Below, in pieces: positions 25,500 through 39,149 of a stretch of DNA of 64,000 nucleotides. The notes below the pieces were generated by a model that worked only from the letters and a program-made list of their open reading frames with translations, made no database searches and was not told where the DNA came from. This DNA comes from Octopus vulgaris (taxonomy: Eukaryota): contig OX597822.1 of assembly GCA_951406725.2 (NCBI GenBank), positions 6,634,001 through 6,698,000 of the forward strand. The letters are read 5' to 3'. Numbering within the stretch: position 1 is the stretch's first letter; every line of letters begins with the position of its first letter. Made by a program: the position numbers and the translations under genes.

Positions 25500-25958
25500 C
25501 GGCCCTGCGTCCCAGATCTGTTCATGAATTTCCATAATGTTTTCCTTCGTTCAGGACGTCAACGGTCGTCTTGAACGAGTTTGGTATTCAAGCAACAGGG
25601 GACCATTCCTAAAGCGTGGAAACCACTCGTAAACATGCGTTTTGCCCATGGCATCGTCCTTCTAAGTTGTTTCAAGCGTGATAACTGTCTCGGCCACCAT
25701 TTTTTCCCCAGCTTAAAAACAGAATTTCATAGGAGCACGATGTTCCTTAGCTTTAGCCATCGCAAAATCGACGAACCGAGCAGAAGCACTGCAAACCAAC
25801 GTCGCACCACGTGTCAGTATGACGCAACTGGGCAACGCCAGTCGGCAAGACCGGTGCCTGAGAGGCGCATCAAATGGCTTCTAGCGGCCGAGGCCTGAAC
25901 TACAACAGTCTTGTCCTACAGAGAAGTTTCCGGTTAGTTAGTTTGGGTCAACTCCTCG
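25500..25958 (-). mobile_element. Mariner relic, 5' end and transposase N-terminus
   Basis: Minus strand KEHRAPMKFCF..AETV..DDAMGKTHVYEWFPRFRNG..RSRRP..KENIMEIHE (mariner HTH); begins ta|cgagg. Confidence 0.8.
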
Positions 25959-25993
25959 TATATATATATATATATACATACACACACACACAC

Positions 25994-26060
<67 letters not shown>

Positions 26061-26760
26061 CACTACTTTCACGTGATTTTATTATTTCTTCTGTATTTTT
26101 CCTGTTTCTCATTAGAAAATAAAATCTCTCTCAATTTTGACCCCATGTTTAAAAAAAATCTCAATAGTATCATTGCAATGGGTTTCACTTAGGCCGCTTC
26201 CTTCTTGTTCGTATTTTTATTCCTGCGGATGACAGACGTTTTCTTCGCAGGTTGTGTCTTGGAGAAGGATTTCTCAGATCTCACAATTTGCTTGTTACAC
26301 TCACTACTCGGTGATTTTATCTATCGAATCACCAACTGTGTCTGTCGTTACCTTAAGCCCACAACCGCAATGATTTGCTCTTGATGTTGTAGCACCTATT
26401 TTTCTAGCTTTCTAAGCTTTCTGGTCAAAAACAAACTTGAATGGCTTTCACAGTCACATATATCGCAGTTACCTGGACTGTCTATATTGGATACTGATAT
26501 TTAAGGCCTTCCTTTCAGTACCATCTTCTGGTACCCGCTAAGTTATGGCATTCAGTTCGGATTTCGTGATATTTGTCCATTCCCAAAGACCTTCAGTTTT
26601 CTGGATTGTACGCGCTACACATGTCAGTCATTCACGCTTTGAACAGCAACAGTTTATGCAGAGTAATCACCATCAGAAACCCGCGGATCTTCGAGATCCT
26701 GCAAAGATTACGGGCACTGTTCCGTCCTTCGAATGCAGAAAGTAAAGAAGAATCAATATC

Positions 26761-27130
26761 GGCGTGGCCGTGTGGTAAGAAGCTTGCTCTCCAACCACAT
26801 AGTTCCTGCTTCAACTCCACTGCGTGGAACTTTGTGCAAGTGTTTTCTACTATAGACTAGGGCAGACCAAAGCCATATTAGTGGACTTGGCAGACGGGAA
26901 CTGAAAGAAGGCTGCCGTATGTGTGTGTGTGTGTGTTTGTATGTCTTTGAATCTGTGTTTGTCCCTTTATTATCGTCCCTGCAACTTAGCGGTTCGTCAA
27001 AAATTGTTCGATAGAATAAGTACTAAGCTGTAAAAACTTCATTCCTGGGGTTGGTTTGTTCGACTAAAACACTTCAAATGGTGCTCCAGCATAGCCACAG
27101 TCAAATGAATTGAAAGAAATAAAAGCAAAA
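26761..27130 (+). mobile_element. SINE family A, diverged
   Basis: ggcgtggccgtgtggtaagaagcttgct..ggtgctccagcatagccacagtcaaatg. Confidence 0.88.
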
Positions 27131-28084
27131 TATTAAAAAAAAAGGAATTGTGAATAAATCTGTTCCGCATTCAGTAAATAAAAAAATCATTCAAAAATAT
27201 TCATTTAAAAAAAAAGGCTTTCAGAATGGTTTTGTTGCAGAGTACATTGACAGAATAATTCCCCTCACAATATGGGTTACCGTTTTATGGAATTGATATC
27301 TTTTGGTAGTGAAATGTATTTGGTATTTTCTTTGTTTAAGCTTTGCCTTTAGTTTTTTCTTGATTTTTTAAAGTTCATGATCGCATTTGCAAAATAATTC
27401 TAGCTATTTTCAGAATTCTAGGGGTCATGTTCGTCAGACGACACACGCAAGCTTATATATTCTATAGAAAGGCATAAAAATATTCAGAAATCTTATTCTT
27501 TCTACTGGGGCTGATGGGGGGACACTTATTGGTTCTGTCGTTGTTGATATTGCTGTTACTGGCCGTCGTACTGGTAACTGCGGTGTGGTTTCTGTACGTG
27601 ATGATATGATTTTGTGCAATAATCGATAAACTTCCACTTGAGGCTATGGAGTTGTTATTGTTTTTATAACTTTGCCGTTCAGTAGAATAATGTTGTTGAT
27701 GTTGTCATCGGTTTTGTTGTGTATTAGACAGATATTTATTGTTGTTTGTAGTAATGTTGCTAAAAATAACTCTGAAAACATTTCGGATAAAATCAACTTT
27801 TCGTTTTCATTAGTAAAAATATTCAACCTCTGAGCTATTACCATCTTTTATGACTAGTTCCTATCGACCCTGTCTCATCAGGCGTCAACACTGTTGTTGA
27901 CATTTCACATAATTGCTTTTAAGAATTGAAGTGATGATGATGGTGACGACGATAGCAAGAACAACCATTACGAAAACAGCAATACTCAATTGAAGAACAA
28001 GAACAACAAGAATCTTTTCTAATTTAGGCAGAAAGTCGGGAATTTTGGGAAAGTGGGCAGGTCTATCCCTCCCCCTACACACAC

Positions 28085-28640
28085 AAATAGTACTTATTTT
28101 ATCGACCCCGAAGAATGAAAGGCAAAGTCGACTTTAGCAGAAAGTGAACTCAGAACGTAAAAACAGACGAAATGCCGCTAAGCATTTCGCCCGGTGTGCT
28201 TCCCATTCTGCCAGTTCAGCTTAACAACAACAACAACAACAACAACAAAAATAATAATTATAATGAAAATAATAATAGCAATGAAAAATAAAAATGATAG
28301 TAATTCTTTGTACTAAAGGCACAAAGGCCAGAAATTTTGTGAGTGGGGACTGAGTCGATTACATTGACCCCCAGGGTTTCACTGGTACTTAATCTATCGA
28401 CCCCGAAAGGATGAAAGGCAAAATGATAATAATAATAATGTCTTCAACATTTTGGCGTAAGGCTAACAGGTTTGGGTACATATTTTATCGATTGGTACTT
28501 ATTTTATCGACTCCATTGTTTGAATAGTATTTAATTTATCAACCCTGAAAGGATGAAAGGCAAAGTGAACGTCAGCGGAATGTGAAGCGGAATGAGAAGA
28601 CGAACCAAATGCCACTAAGCATTTTACCCGCTCGCCACCT
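28085..28640 (-). mobile_element. Three partial family C SINE copies interleaved with triplet repeats
   Basis: Repeated atcgaccccgaaaggatgaaaggcaaa motifs at about 28101, 28396 and 28538. Confidence 0.8.
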
Positions 28641-28707
28641 TAATAACAATGCTAAGAACAAAAACAAGAACAACAATACTACTACTACTACCACCACCAC
28701 CACCACC

Positions 28708-28768
<61 letters not shown>

Positions 28769-28774
28769 TAGGAT

Positions 28775-29097
28775 CTATAAGAAAGAATAAATGTTAACCA
28801 ACAATGACGATTTAAAGCGGGAAATACGATGGATGTGGTCAATGAATAGAGTAGATGTGATACTAATAGTAATTGATGCAATTGGAAGTAACAGCACTCA
28901 GTTCCCAACATGGCTGAAAAAGACTGATGCAAGAGTGAAGGTAGAACACCTAGAAAAACCAGCATTGGTTGGAACTGCAAGAATTCGTTGTAGGGTTCTT
29001 GAAGCATGACCAGTAAACAAGTGTCACCTTAGTCTCTTGGCTGTGGAGGGCTGACGCTTTCCATGATTCCCAGCAAAATAAGTTGTGCGTTTTCATA
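28775..29097 (+). mobile_element. R4/Dong-type LINE 3' fragment
   Basis: DDLKREIRWMWSMNRVDVILIVIDAIG..EHLEKPALVGTARI..VLEA*; short 3' UTR then (TAA)n; (ACT)n upstream. Confidence 0.8.
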
Positions 29098-29131
29098 TAA
29101 TAATAATGACAACAACAACAACAACAACACC

Positions 29132-29170
<39 letters not shown>

Positions 29171-29579
29171 GACAGTGGCCCTCATGGCTTCTCATCTTAA
29201 CTGATTGGAAGTGTTATGTATATTGTATTGTCTTTGATATAAAAGATGGATTGTGTGAGCGCGTGCAAAAAATTTCTTGCTGCTTTGGAAATTTCTAATA
29301 ATTTCTTTTAACGTTGCACAAGTTTTGTGACGACTCACATGGCTTTATTTCTACTAGCGTAAAAGCTAGGCTTACTCTGCATGCCTGCATCTGAAATACA
29401 ATATATTTACAAGTCTTCTTATCTTTTCCTGTACTGTTTTCTCTTTCACCTGCTCTGAACACCTGCCTGGAGGTACAAAGAGAATGAATGGAACTGAAGG
29501 CGTAGAAAAAGTGTAGCTGCTATGCTTTGCTTATAGTATTAATAATCTTGCGAAGGAGCTTGTTGGATTATAACTGGCA

Positions 29580-29730
29580 CTTGGTCGGTTACGATCAGCG
29601 GAACAGCCTCCGCGTGAAGCTAACGCACAAATGGGTGAGCAATCCCTAGACACGCGTATCCTTAATGTAGTTCTCAAAGAGGTTCAGCGTGACATAGACA
29701 GGCTGGTCCTTTGAAGGAGGAATTACAACC
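29580..29730 (-). mobile_element. Diverged family B SINE 3' part
   Basis: cggaacagcc..cgtgaa..acacgcgtatccttaatgtagttctc..ttcagcgtgaca matches 51008-51105. Confidence 0.7.
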
Positions 29731-29782
29731 GTGTTTCGTGGTCTGCTACTACAACAGCTCCTTTATAGGATCCAGTTAGTTC

Positions 29783-29875
29783 AAGACATCATCAGGAGAA
29801 ACCATGTCCGGTTTCGGCCCCTACTCCTCTACCGTTTTGACGTGGCGGGCCCCCTCCCCCTTTCGGAGGTGTCTT
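29783..29875 (-). ncRNA. Rearranged hammerhead-like motif, copy 3
   Basis: Minus strand: X aagaca / Y cctcc-gaaa-ggggg / II ggccc / III cgg-T-A / I gaggag / II' gggcc GAAA III' ccg / I' tttctc CTGATGA X' tgtctt. Confidence 0.7.
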
Positions 29876-30343
29876 CAGCTCTGGTGTTGGGTGCATGTCT
29901 TCTGTCTTCTTCTTTCTTCTCTTCCTTGGCCTCTTCGATGTATCGTCAGTGAGTCTTAGCCGGTGACTGACTGACTTGTCAAAATTTTTCCCTTTAAATA
30001 CCTGCCGCTAGGCTCCAGCAGGCAGCCCCAGCAAGTTGTAACTTATTTTTGCCAGATGGAAGAACGTGAAATAAAAAGTCTTGCTCAAGGATTCAATCTG
30101 CAGCATTGTACTGACGAACTCACAGCCTAATGATCTTGAGCCGAATACCCTCACCAATCAGCCACGCGCCTTCACGGTTTGTTTATAAATTCTCTGGAGA
30201 AGGAGAAACATACTTCATCTACTTTTTTTCGAAACGAGTTTATGTTAATTTTTTTTTCTGCTTTGAACAAGGAACATTTCAGAAAACATTCTGAAGAGAG
30301 TAATGTTTATCGCCGGCAAAAAGTACGTGTGTATGTGCGTGTT

Positions 30344-30905
30344 GTATGTATGTATGTATGTATGTATGTATGTATGTATGTATGTATGTATGTATGTATT
30401 TATGTATATATGTAGGTATGTATGTATGTTTGTATGATTGTATGCATGCATGTATATTTTTATGTATGTATGCATGTATGTATGTATATATGTATGTATG
30501 TATGTATGTTTGTATGTATGTATGTATATATGTATGTATGTATGTATGTTTGTATGTATGTATGTATGTATGTATGTATGTATGTATGTATGTATGTATG
30601 TATATATATATGTATATATGTATGTATATATGTATGTATGTATGTTTGTATGTATGTATGTATATATGTATGTATCTATGTATATATTTATGTATATATG
30701 TATGTATGTATGTATGTTTGTATGCATGTATGTATGCATGCATGTATATTTTTATGTATGTATGTATTTATGTATTTATGTATGTATGTACATATATATG
30801 TATGTATGTATGTATGTTAGTATGTTAGTATGTATGGATGCATGTATACTTTTATGTATGTATGTATTTATGTATGTATGTATTTATGTATTTATGTATG
30901 TATGT
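30344..30905. repeat. (TATG)n microsatellite, ~560 bp
   Basis: Direct reading. Confidence 0.97.
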
Positions 30906-32029
30906 GCATATGCTTGTGTGCATATGCTCGTTTGAATACTGTCAGTGGTATTTTTTGTTCGCGACAAATGTTGAAATCAACATTGCTCTCATTTTCTTTT
31001 TAAAGAAAGTAGTTGTTATTTTTTTTCCTTTTTTCAAGTTTGTCTGCTTGTACGGGGAAGGTAGCTTTCTATTTTTCTCCTTTTTAAACCTCTGTAAATA
31101 TTTTTATCACAAATTTGTTGTGACTGAGGGTCATGTTTGCTGATTGCAGCTCTAACAACACCATGATGAGTTTCTCCTCCTGCTCCATCATGCAAAGAAA
31201 AAAAAAAAAAGAACCATGTTCAATTATGGCTCCGAGAAAAAACATTGAAAAGAAAACGTTCAAAATATATCTTTTTTTTTTTGGTTTTTGTTTCTGTCTA
31301 AACAAATAAGAGTAAAAATTAAAAGCACAGTTCACACCGGTCTTTGTAAAATATCTGCGTGATACAAAAGAATCTTTTGAAAAAGAACAACAAATTGTAA
31401 CCCAAAACAGGGGCATAAATAAACACATCTTGCAACAAGAAACAGACGTAACAACAGCAACAGCAACATCATCATCATCATGATTATCATCATTATCATC
31501 ACCATCATCATCAATACCATCATCATAATCAATGACAACGATGATACCAAATCGACAATAACAACGTTAACGATAATGGTTTCTTTATTAGCCACAAGCG
31601 CTTGAAGAGAAAATTAAAAACTCGACGATACTATGAAAACAATAAGGATTGCGATTATAAATTCCATTGATACAGAAAAACATGAAGAGACCTTAAAGAA
31701 GACATGTGCCAGAAAAGGTGCGGTATGGGGCAGGTAAGTTACACAAGAACTAAGGGAAGCACAAATATTGGTGCAGAAATAAATGTAAAAACGTGATGAA
31801 ACACAATAATTAACAAAAAATATAATTAAATGAAAAAATAAAAAAACATATCAGTTGCGATGCAGCACGTCATGTGGCTGTCTGCTGCCGCTTGCATTGT
31901 GGTCCAGTGCAATGCACTTAACGGAATCCATTAACAAATTTTGAATAGGTTGGGGTAACAACACTCATCTAATCCCGGTTATGTTCTAGTTTGTTATTTT
32001 ATTGTCTTTACTTAGTTTTATTTGCTGCA

Positions 32030-32411
32030 TGGGCTTGACATCCAAACATGAATTGTAGGATTTGAATTCAGAATGAAATCAGGCGGAAGTAAGTACTACT
32101 GTTTCGGAATATCGTCAGCCCACCAAACATGACTGGTACATAGTAACTCCATCATGAAAAAGAGAAAGAAAAAATTCACCACGGTGAGATTAGAACTGAA
32201 GATGCAGAGGGCTAGAACAATTAGCCGCCTGGAATTTTCCTCCAGCTTGGTTACTTCGCTGTAATATTCATATATCTAGCAATCAAAGAACTTTGGTCTC
32301 AGTTATGCATCTACGATGCATACACAGTCCTGAAATTCTTCTTTATTCAATTTTACTTTGTTTAATCATGTCAGGTATTTGTCATATAGCATTTTTTTCT
32401 TGCCACAGACA
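32030..32411 (+). repeat. ~380-bp dispersed direct repeat, copy 1
   Basis: Highly similar to 40772-41153 over its full length. Confidence 0.92.
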
Positions 32412-33123
32412 TTGTGGGTTCAATTCCTGAACCGGGAAGGTTTCCTTTCCTGTTGCTCTGCGATCGGTTCGATACCCGACGTGCAGTACTCCGTCCATAT
32501 TTTCAAGCGACGTCAATTTGAGGAAGAGAGTCAGCTATTGAACAGTAACATTACTAAAATCTAATTATTCCTGCTGGTTGTTCAGCAACAAATTTTAGAA
32601 CAGTTTTCTCGGACTACGTGAGACTATCACCATTTTATTTTTATTTGTGTATTTACTTTATGCCTAAGCTTGTCGCAGCCATGTTTTTATTTACTCACAA
32701 TTCATGAAACCACAGATTCGCGATTATTCTACTAGTCACCAGTTAATTTTCGAAGAATAGAATCTCATTTCTTCTTCCTTCTTTCAGTCTTCTTCATTAT
32801 TTTTCCGGAATGGTATCATTATTTATTGAACGAATTGCTTCTTTACATCCTTTTTAGCTTATTTTGTGTTGCATTTCTATTTGTAGTCAAATTTACATTT
32901 GTTTTCATTTTTTCGTGTGAGAGATTATACACTTTCTCGTACAAACATTATTTCTTACTGGTCTCTTGTCGACGGAATGTTGCCACAAGTTCTACTGTCA
33001 AGAGGACAGTCAAGAGATTGTCCATATCTGTAGGCTTGGGCAAAATGTAATTCCTCTACAATTCCGAGAGTTTTGACATACAATGTCCTAGAAAATGGAT
33101 TCTCCGGCTGTTGTGGTTGTTGA

Positions 33124-33592
33124 TCTTCTTCTTCTTCTTCTTCTTCTTCTTCTTCTTCTTCTTGTCTTCCTCCTTCTTCTTCTCCTCCTTCTTCTCCTCC
33201 TCCTTCTTCTTATTTTCTTTTTCTTCTCCTCCTCCTCCTCCTTCTTCTTCTTCTTCTTCTTCTTCTTCTTCTTCTTCTACTTCTTCTGCTTCTTCTTCTC
33301 CTTCTCCTCCTCCTCCTCCTTCTTCTTCTTCTTCTTCGCCTTCTTCTTCGTCTTCTTCTTCTTCTTCTTCTTCTTCTTCTTCTTCTTCGTCTTCTTCTTC
33401 TTCTTCGCCTTCTTCTTTTTCGTCTTCTTCTTCGCCTTTTTCTGCGCCTTCTTCTTCGTCTTCTTCTTTTTCTTCTTCTTCGCCTTTTTCTTCTTCTTCT
33501 TCTTCTTCTTCTTCTTCTTCTTCTTCTTCTTCTTCTTCTTCTTCTTCTTCTTCTTCTTCTTCTTCTTCTTCTTCTTCTTCTTCTTCTTCTTC
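33124..33592. repeat. (CTT)n/(CCT)n polypyrimidine tract
   Basis: Direct reading. Confidence 0.97.
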
Positions 33593-33869
33593 CAATCAGG
33601 ACTCACGCCATTAGACGCAAAGAATAATCCCTAATTTGAACCTACTCTAAGCTACCAAGAATGCATGTGGCAACTTTAAGATCTACCCACCGCACGCGAT
33701 AGTCTGGCGGCAAAGCTACGTTGTTATCCTCATTCCGTAAACGGTGGATTTTAACGGGTGGAGAGCTGAACCATCCTGGGGTACACAGGATTCACAATCT
33801 AGACTAGGGTCTGAAAGTTTACCACACTATAGTGTGTTACACAATGGTTCCTCTGCTCTATGGCAGAAG

Positions 33870-34054
33870 TAGGAAGAAAGAGTGAGAGGAAGTTGTAGTG
33901 AAAGAGTACAGCGCCCCCCCCCCCCCGCCGGAGCCTCGTCGAGCTTAGGTGTTTTTTTGCTCAATAAACACTCACAATGCTCAGTCTGGGAATCGAAACC
34001 GCGTTCTTACGATCGTGTGTCCGCTGCCCTAACCATTGGGCCATTGCGCCTCCA
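33870..34054 (-). mobile_element. SINE family B, 5' half
   Basis: ..gctcaataaacactcacaatg..ctgggaatcgaaaccgcg..ccctaaccattgggccattgcgcctccac. Confidence 0.85.
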
Positions 34055-35699
34055 CTCCGGCTGTTGATGCACTGTTTCTCTCCTTCCCTGATTCCTTGCT
34101 TAATTGTTCTAGTTCTTCAGAGCCAAAAACTTTGAAGTGGTTCCTATCATGACAAACGTACAACCAGTTATTATGCTTTCTACCACTAAACACATACCAT
34201 TCTTTCGGTGTCCTCAACCGAAAAATGTTCTAGTTATACATCATTGGTGATCTTTATTTGCAAACACCTTTTGACGTCCCATGGCGACATATCGCCAACC
34301 CTGTTTTAACCACCTACGCAAACTGAGGGACGAAAAGGAGGACCAGAAATGAATCCACATTTTCCAGTGCCTATTATGGTTATCGATTAATTTCTTTGCC
34401 GTATATTTTTGGGTTTGTATGGGTGGACGTATAACTTACACTGTTAAACTCTATTTTGGCTCCGTTTTCGGTTTTAAAAATATTGACATCCTCCATTTTT
34501 GATTTAAAGGATCTCTTTGAAGAGATGTTGAAGTTTTTAACCCATATTTTGTACCATATTATGGAGTGCTTGATGTTGTTACTAACACAAATAATGTACC
34601 ATATTTTGTAAGGTGCAGATATGTAATATTTTTCTTTGCCCTCTCTTGAATTAGACCTGACAAAGAAATGAACTTCGGCTTTTATAAAATTCTTCTGCCT
34701 ACATTATTCTTGAAACTGTCCTAAATCTAAAAGGTCTGTTTGTTTTCTGTTTGTAATAGCAGCGAGACGAGATTAATTTTTTATAGAGTCGCTATATGAG
34801 CGAATAAAAGCTCTTAACGCTGAGTGTATTGCTTACAGTAGTTATTAATCATTATGTTTAAAATGATTTTTTGAAATATGTTTGGAAGAATTTTTTTTCT
34901 TTTAAATGCTCGCTTAAATGTCCATTTTTGTATTTTCCTATACTCAGTTGTGCATTTTGGTCTTGTGTTTCTTTCCTCAGTTGTTTGTAATATTTTATTT
35001 TACTCCGTGTCTGGCAGCCATTTTCATTGAGAAAAATATAGCATGTATAATCAAGCACGTCGAAGCCGCTAAAAAGAAAACTTGCTTGTCAAATCGTTGC
35101 CATTGGGGCCGTCTTTTCTCAGCTGTTTATCATTCTTTTTGAAATCTTGAAGGAAAGTATCATTTGGTGATGCCGGGAATAAAGTCCTGTGTCTGCGAGA
35201 GAACAAAATATTTTCTCTCCGTAAGAATCTCTATACTTCTACTACTAATAGGTCTGAAATTTTGAGGAAGGGGTTTGTCGAATTCATTGACCCTAGTACC
35301 CAACTGGTACTTATTTTATCAATCCCGAAAAGATGAGAAGATTTTGAAGTCAGAACGTACCAAGAAGACGAAATACATAAAAAAATTTTGTCCATGCTCA
35401 CGATTCTGCCAACACACAATGATAATAACGTTAATGATGGTAGTAATAATGATTATAATTGTAATCTTCTGTAACGTATGCTGAAGATTAAACTTTTGGG
35501 TGAAGAAGTTCTTTGGTTAACGTTGCCCAGTCCTCGCTAGTACATTTTTTTTTCATCTACCTTGGAACAATGGAAGGAAAACGGTTCATCCGTCGGTATT
35601 CGAAGTCATAACCTAAAGTTAGAAAATACGACTGATACATTTTATAACGAAAATTAATAGGACAATTATATCAATTTGAAGAAAAACACCACAGTGATT

Positions 35700-35973
35700 T
35701 GATGATGATTATTATGGTGATGCTGATAGTGACGATGATGATGATGAGGAAGAGGATAATGATGATGAAGAAGAGGATGTATTGAAGGAGGAAAAAATAG
35801 AGGAGCTGGATAAGTCGATGGTGGTCGATGAGTAAGTTGATCTCTTTATTCTTGTTATTGTTGATGATGAGGATTAGGATAAAAATGAGGACGACGACAA
35901 AGATGACGATGATGATTATGAGGAGGAGGATAATGATGATGAAGAAGCAGGAGCAGCAGCAGCAGCGGAGGAA

Positions 35974-36036
<63 letters not shown>

Positions 36037-36090
36037 TGAAGAAGGAGACGACGAAGAAGAAGAAGAAGAAGAAGAAGAAGAAGAAGAAGA

Positions 36091-36146
<56 letters not shown>

Positions 36147-36209
36147 GAAGAAAAAGGGGCGGCAGCAGCAGCAGCGGAAGAAGAAGAAGAAGAAGAAGAA
36201 GAAGAAGAA

Positions 36210-36275
<66 letters not shown>

Positions 36276-36470
36276 GAAGAAGAAGAAGAGCAGCAGCAGC
36301 AGCGGAGAAGAAGAAGAAGAAGAAGAAGAAGAAGAAGAAGAAGAAGAAGAAGAATGATGGTATTGATGGTATTGACGATGGTGAAGATGATATTGATGGT
36401 GATAAGCTGATAAAGAAGGCGTTGGTGGAGAAGGACAATGGGAAGAAGACGAAGAGAAGGAAGAAAAGAA
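35700..36470. repeat. Compound triplet microsatellite (GAT/GAA/AAT/GCA)
   Basis: Direct reading; a gcagcagcagcggagaaga block recurs three times. Confidence 0.95.
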
Positions 36471-36831
36471 AAAAAAACTCACAGTAACAACAATAGCTAC
36501 GACGATGACGACAAAAGAAAAAAGTAAAAACCACAATGGCGATTATAAATTTCAATGATATAGAAAGATGCAATTTCTTTCTATGTCGTAAGGTTAATCT
36601 TGCAAATAAAAATCATTTTAGTGAAATAAATTACTTAAGTCTGCAACCAAAAGTCCAGGACTAATAACAAGAATCGATTCGGGGTTTGATGTGTTCTTGT
36701 ATTACCTCTCTGACTATGATTTATTCTATATTTTATTTTATTTATTTTATTTGTTTATATATTTATTTATATTTGTTGTTGTGTGGAAGAAATTAAACTA
36801 GGAAATTGAGGAAAACCAAATGAAAAAGAGA

Positions 36832-37921
36832 ATATTAATGCCTCATTGATGAATTTATTACCGAAAGACAAAAATGATTTCACCAATTACCCAATGATGT
36901 AGTTAGTTACTTAGAGATGAGCTTCACCATGTTAACCATAATGACGTTGTTCATTTTCATGATGACGACTATAATGGTAGAGACGCTGGTGTTGATGGTA
37001 TTCGAAAGGGTAGGGGTGTGTATTATGATAATGATATGATGACGTTTTTGTTGTTAAGATCAATCACAGCATCGACGCAGCAAGGCCTTATGACTGAAAA
37101 ACATTTTAAATGTGACCGCCATGATTGTTATTTTTAGGTAGAAAAAGATGAGCAATTTAGTCCTAACTGTGAGTAAATAAGTCAGTGTCTCCTCTACTTA
37201 CGGTGATAGTGAGCAATATGAGGAATATTAGGTTTCTATTTCTAACATGCCGTGTGGCTGCGTAGACACTCTCTCATCATTAAACAAATGAAAGGCAGCG
37301 AGCTGGCAGAAACGTTAGCACGCCGGGCGAAATACTTAGCGGTATTTCGTCTGTCGTTACGTTGTGAGTTCAAATTCTGCAGAGGTCGACTTTGCCTTTC
37401 ATCCTTTCGGGATCGATAAATAAAGTACCAGCTGCGCACTGGGGTCGATGTAATCGACTTAATCCGTTTGTCTGTCCTTGTTTGTCCCTTCTGTGTTTAG
37501 TCCCTTGTGGGTAGTAAAGAAATAGGTATTTCGTCTGTCGTTACGTTGTGAGTTCAAATTTCGCCGAGGTCGACTTTGCCTTCCATCCTTTCGGGGTCGA
37601 TAAAATAAGTACCAGTAACGCACTGGGGTCGATGTAATCGACTTAATACCTATGTCTGTCCTTGTTTGTCCCCTCTATGTTTAGCCTCTTGTAGGTAATA
37701 AAGAAATAGGTATTTCATCCATCTTTGCGTTCTGAGTTCAAATTCCACCGAGATCGACATTGCCTTACATTTCTTCGGGTTTGATGAAGTGAGCACCAGC
37801 ATATTAATGCCTCATTGATGAAATTTTTACCGAAATACAAAAATGATTTCACCAGTTACCCAATGGTGTCGTTAGTTACTTCGTGATGAGCTTCACCATG
37901 TTAACCATAATGATGTCGTTC
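36832..37921 (+). repeat. 121-bp direct repeat pair (36832-36952, 37801-37921)
   Basis: atattaatgcctcattgatgaa..gagcttcaccatgttaaccataatga in both copies. Confidence 0.9.
37292..37800 (+). mobile_element. Head-to-tail family C SINE multimer (one full and two 5'-truncated units)
   Basis: Units joined at aaataggtatttc (about 37525 and 37709). Confidence 0.9.
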
Positions 37922-38926
37922 TTCGAGATTTTGCATGGATTTTTGTGGCAGTGTATCTTTTGTTGAAAGCAGTTCCTCCCTTGGTGAGAATCTGTTTTCT
38001 CTTCATCTTTCTTCCTTTTTTTGATTTTTACATTGTTCCACAGGTAAGTCCATTCAATATTGATTTTTAACCTCTCATTATTTCAATCTTTTTTTCACTC
38101 GTACTTCTCCAGTTTGGAATTCTTCTCAGGTTTGTATATCTTTGTTTTTTCAGAGACATACAACTGGTTTCAATTGTTTTAACAGCCGCGTAAATAATTT
38201 CATTTAATTCAGTGATATCTGGTTTTAGTTCTTGTATAATTTCCTTTGTTACACAGTTCCCAATTTTATTTTTTTGCTATTTTGGATTGTATTTGAGATC
38301 TTACGAAATAGTTCCATATCTTGCATATTGGTATGTCTTACAACTGCAAGCTTATATCCGGGTTTTCTGTTTCAGTTCTATCGTAGGCTCTCAGTGACCT
38401 TCAGTAAATGCGTGGTCTTCAAATATCTATCACCTGGGGGACGCGCTTGCAGAATAACCACAGGACAAGCGATCTGGTATACTGTTGCAGTTTTCCTTTG
38501 TGCTTCATTAGACATATTTTGCTACGTTAAAATCATCAGTATTTAACCCTTATTCCGGCAAATGTTCCGGTTGTTGTCTCTGCCTCTTTTGTAGACTCCA
38601 CCATTAACACCGTTACAGTTAATTTAACCTTGTTATTGCAGCATTGCTCATCATTAGTTACCACGAATAGTGCCTTGATCTGCATAGTTGTGGTTAACAC
38701 TTCATAACCATGATGACAGTACAGGTTTGTACATCGATTCGGTAGATGGTGAGAAGATCAGCAATGGGCTTTCCTGTGCAATAAGGAGACAAAATAGGCC
38801 TCATACCCTTGGAGTCAGCAGAGGTCAAATCTTTTTACGAGTACTAGCTATCAATAAGAGTACTGATGTTGGCCCTGAAAAGAACCAATTCACCTTGACC
38901 TGTCATTAATTACTGATACAAATAAG

Positions 38927-38984
<58 letters not shown>

Positions 38985-39149
38985 TGATGGTCTCATTGTT
39001 GAATTCTTGCATCTCTGATTTTCTTTCAAATTTTTCTTTTTATAAATTTTGCTGTGCTTTACAGTTTTTGTCTTTAATTTTTTCTCGTGCATTTAAGTGT
39101 GATGTTGCAATAAAAGGTATGGTTACATATCCGGGTAGTCAGAGAGAAA

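Noticed and set aside
26200-26750. Possible decayed transposase
   Set aside because: Only vague resemblance, with many stops and no catalytic motif I can support.
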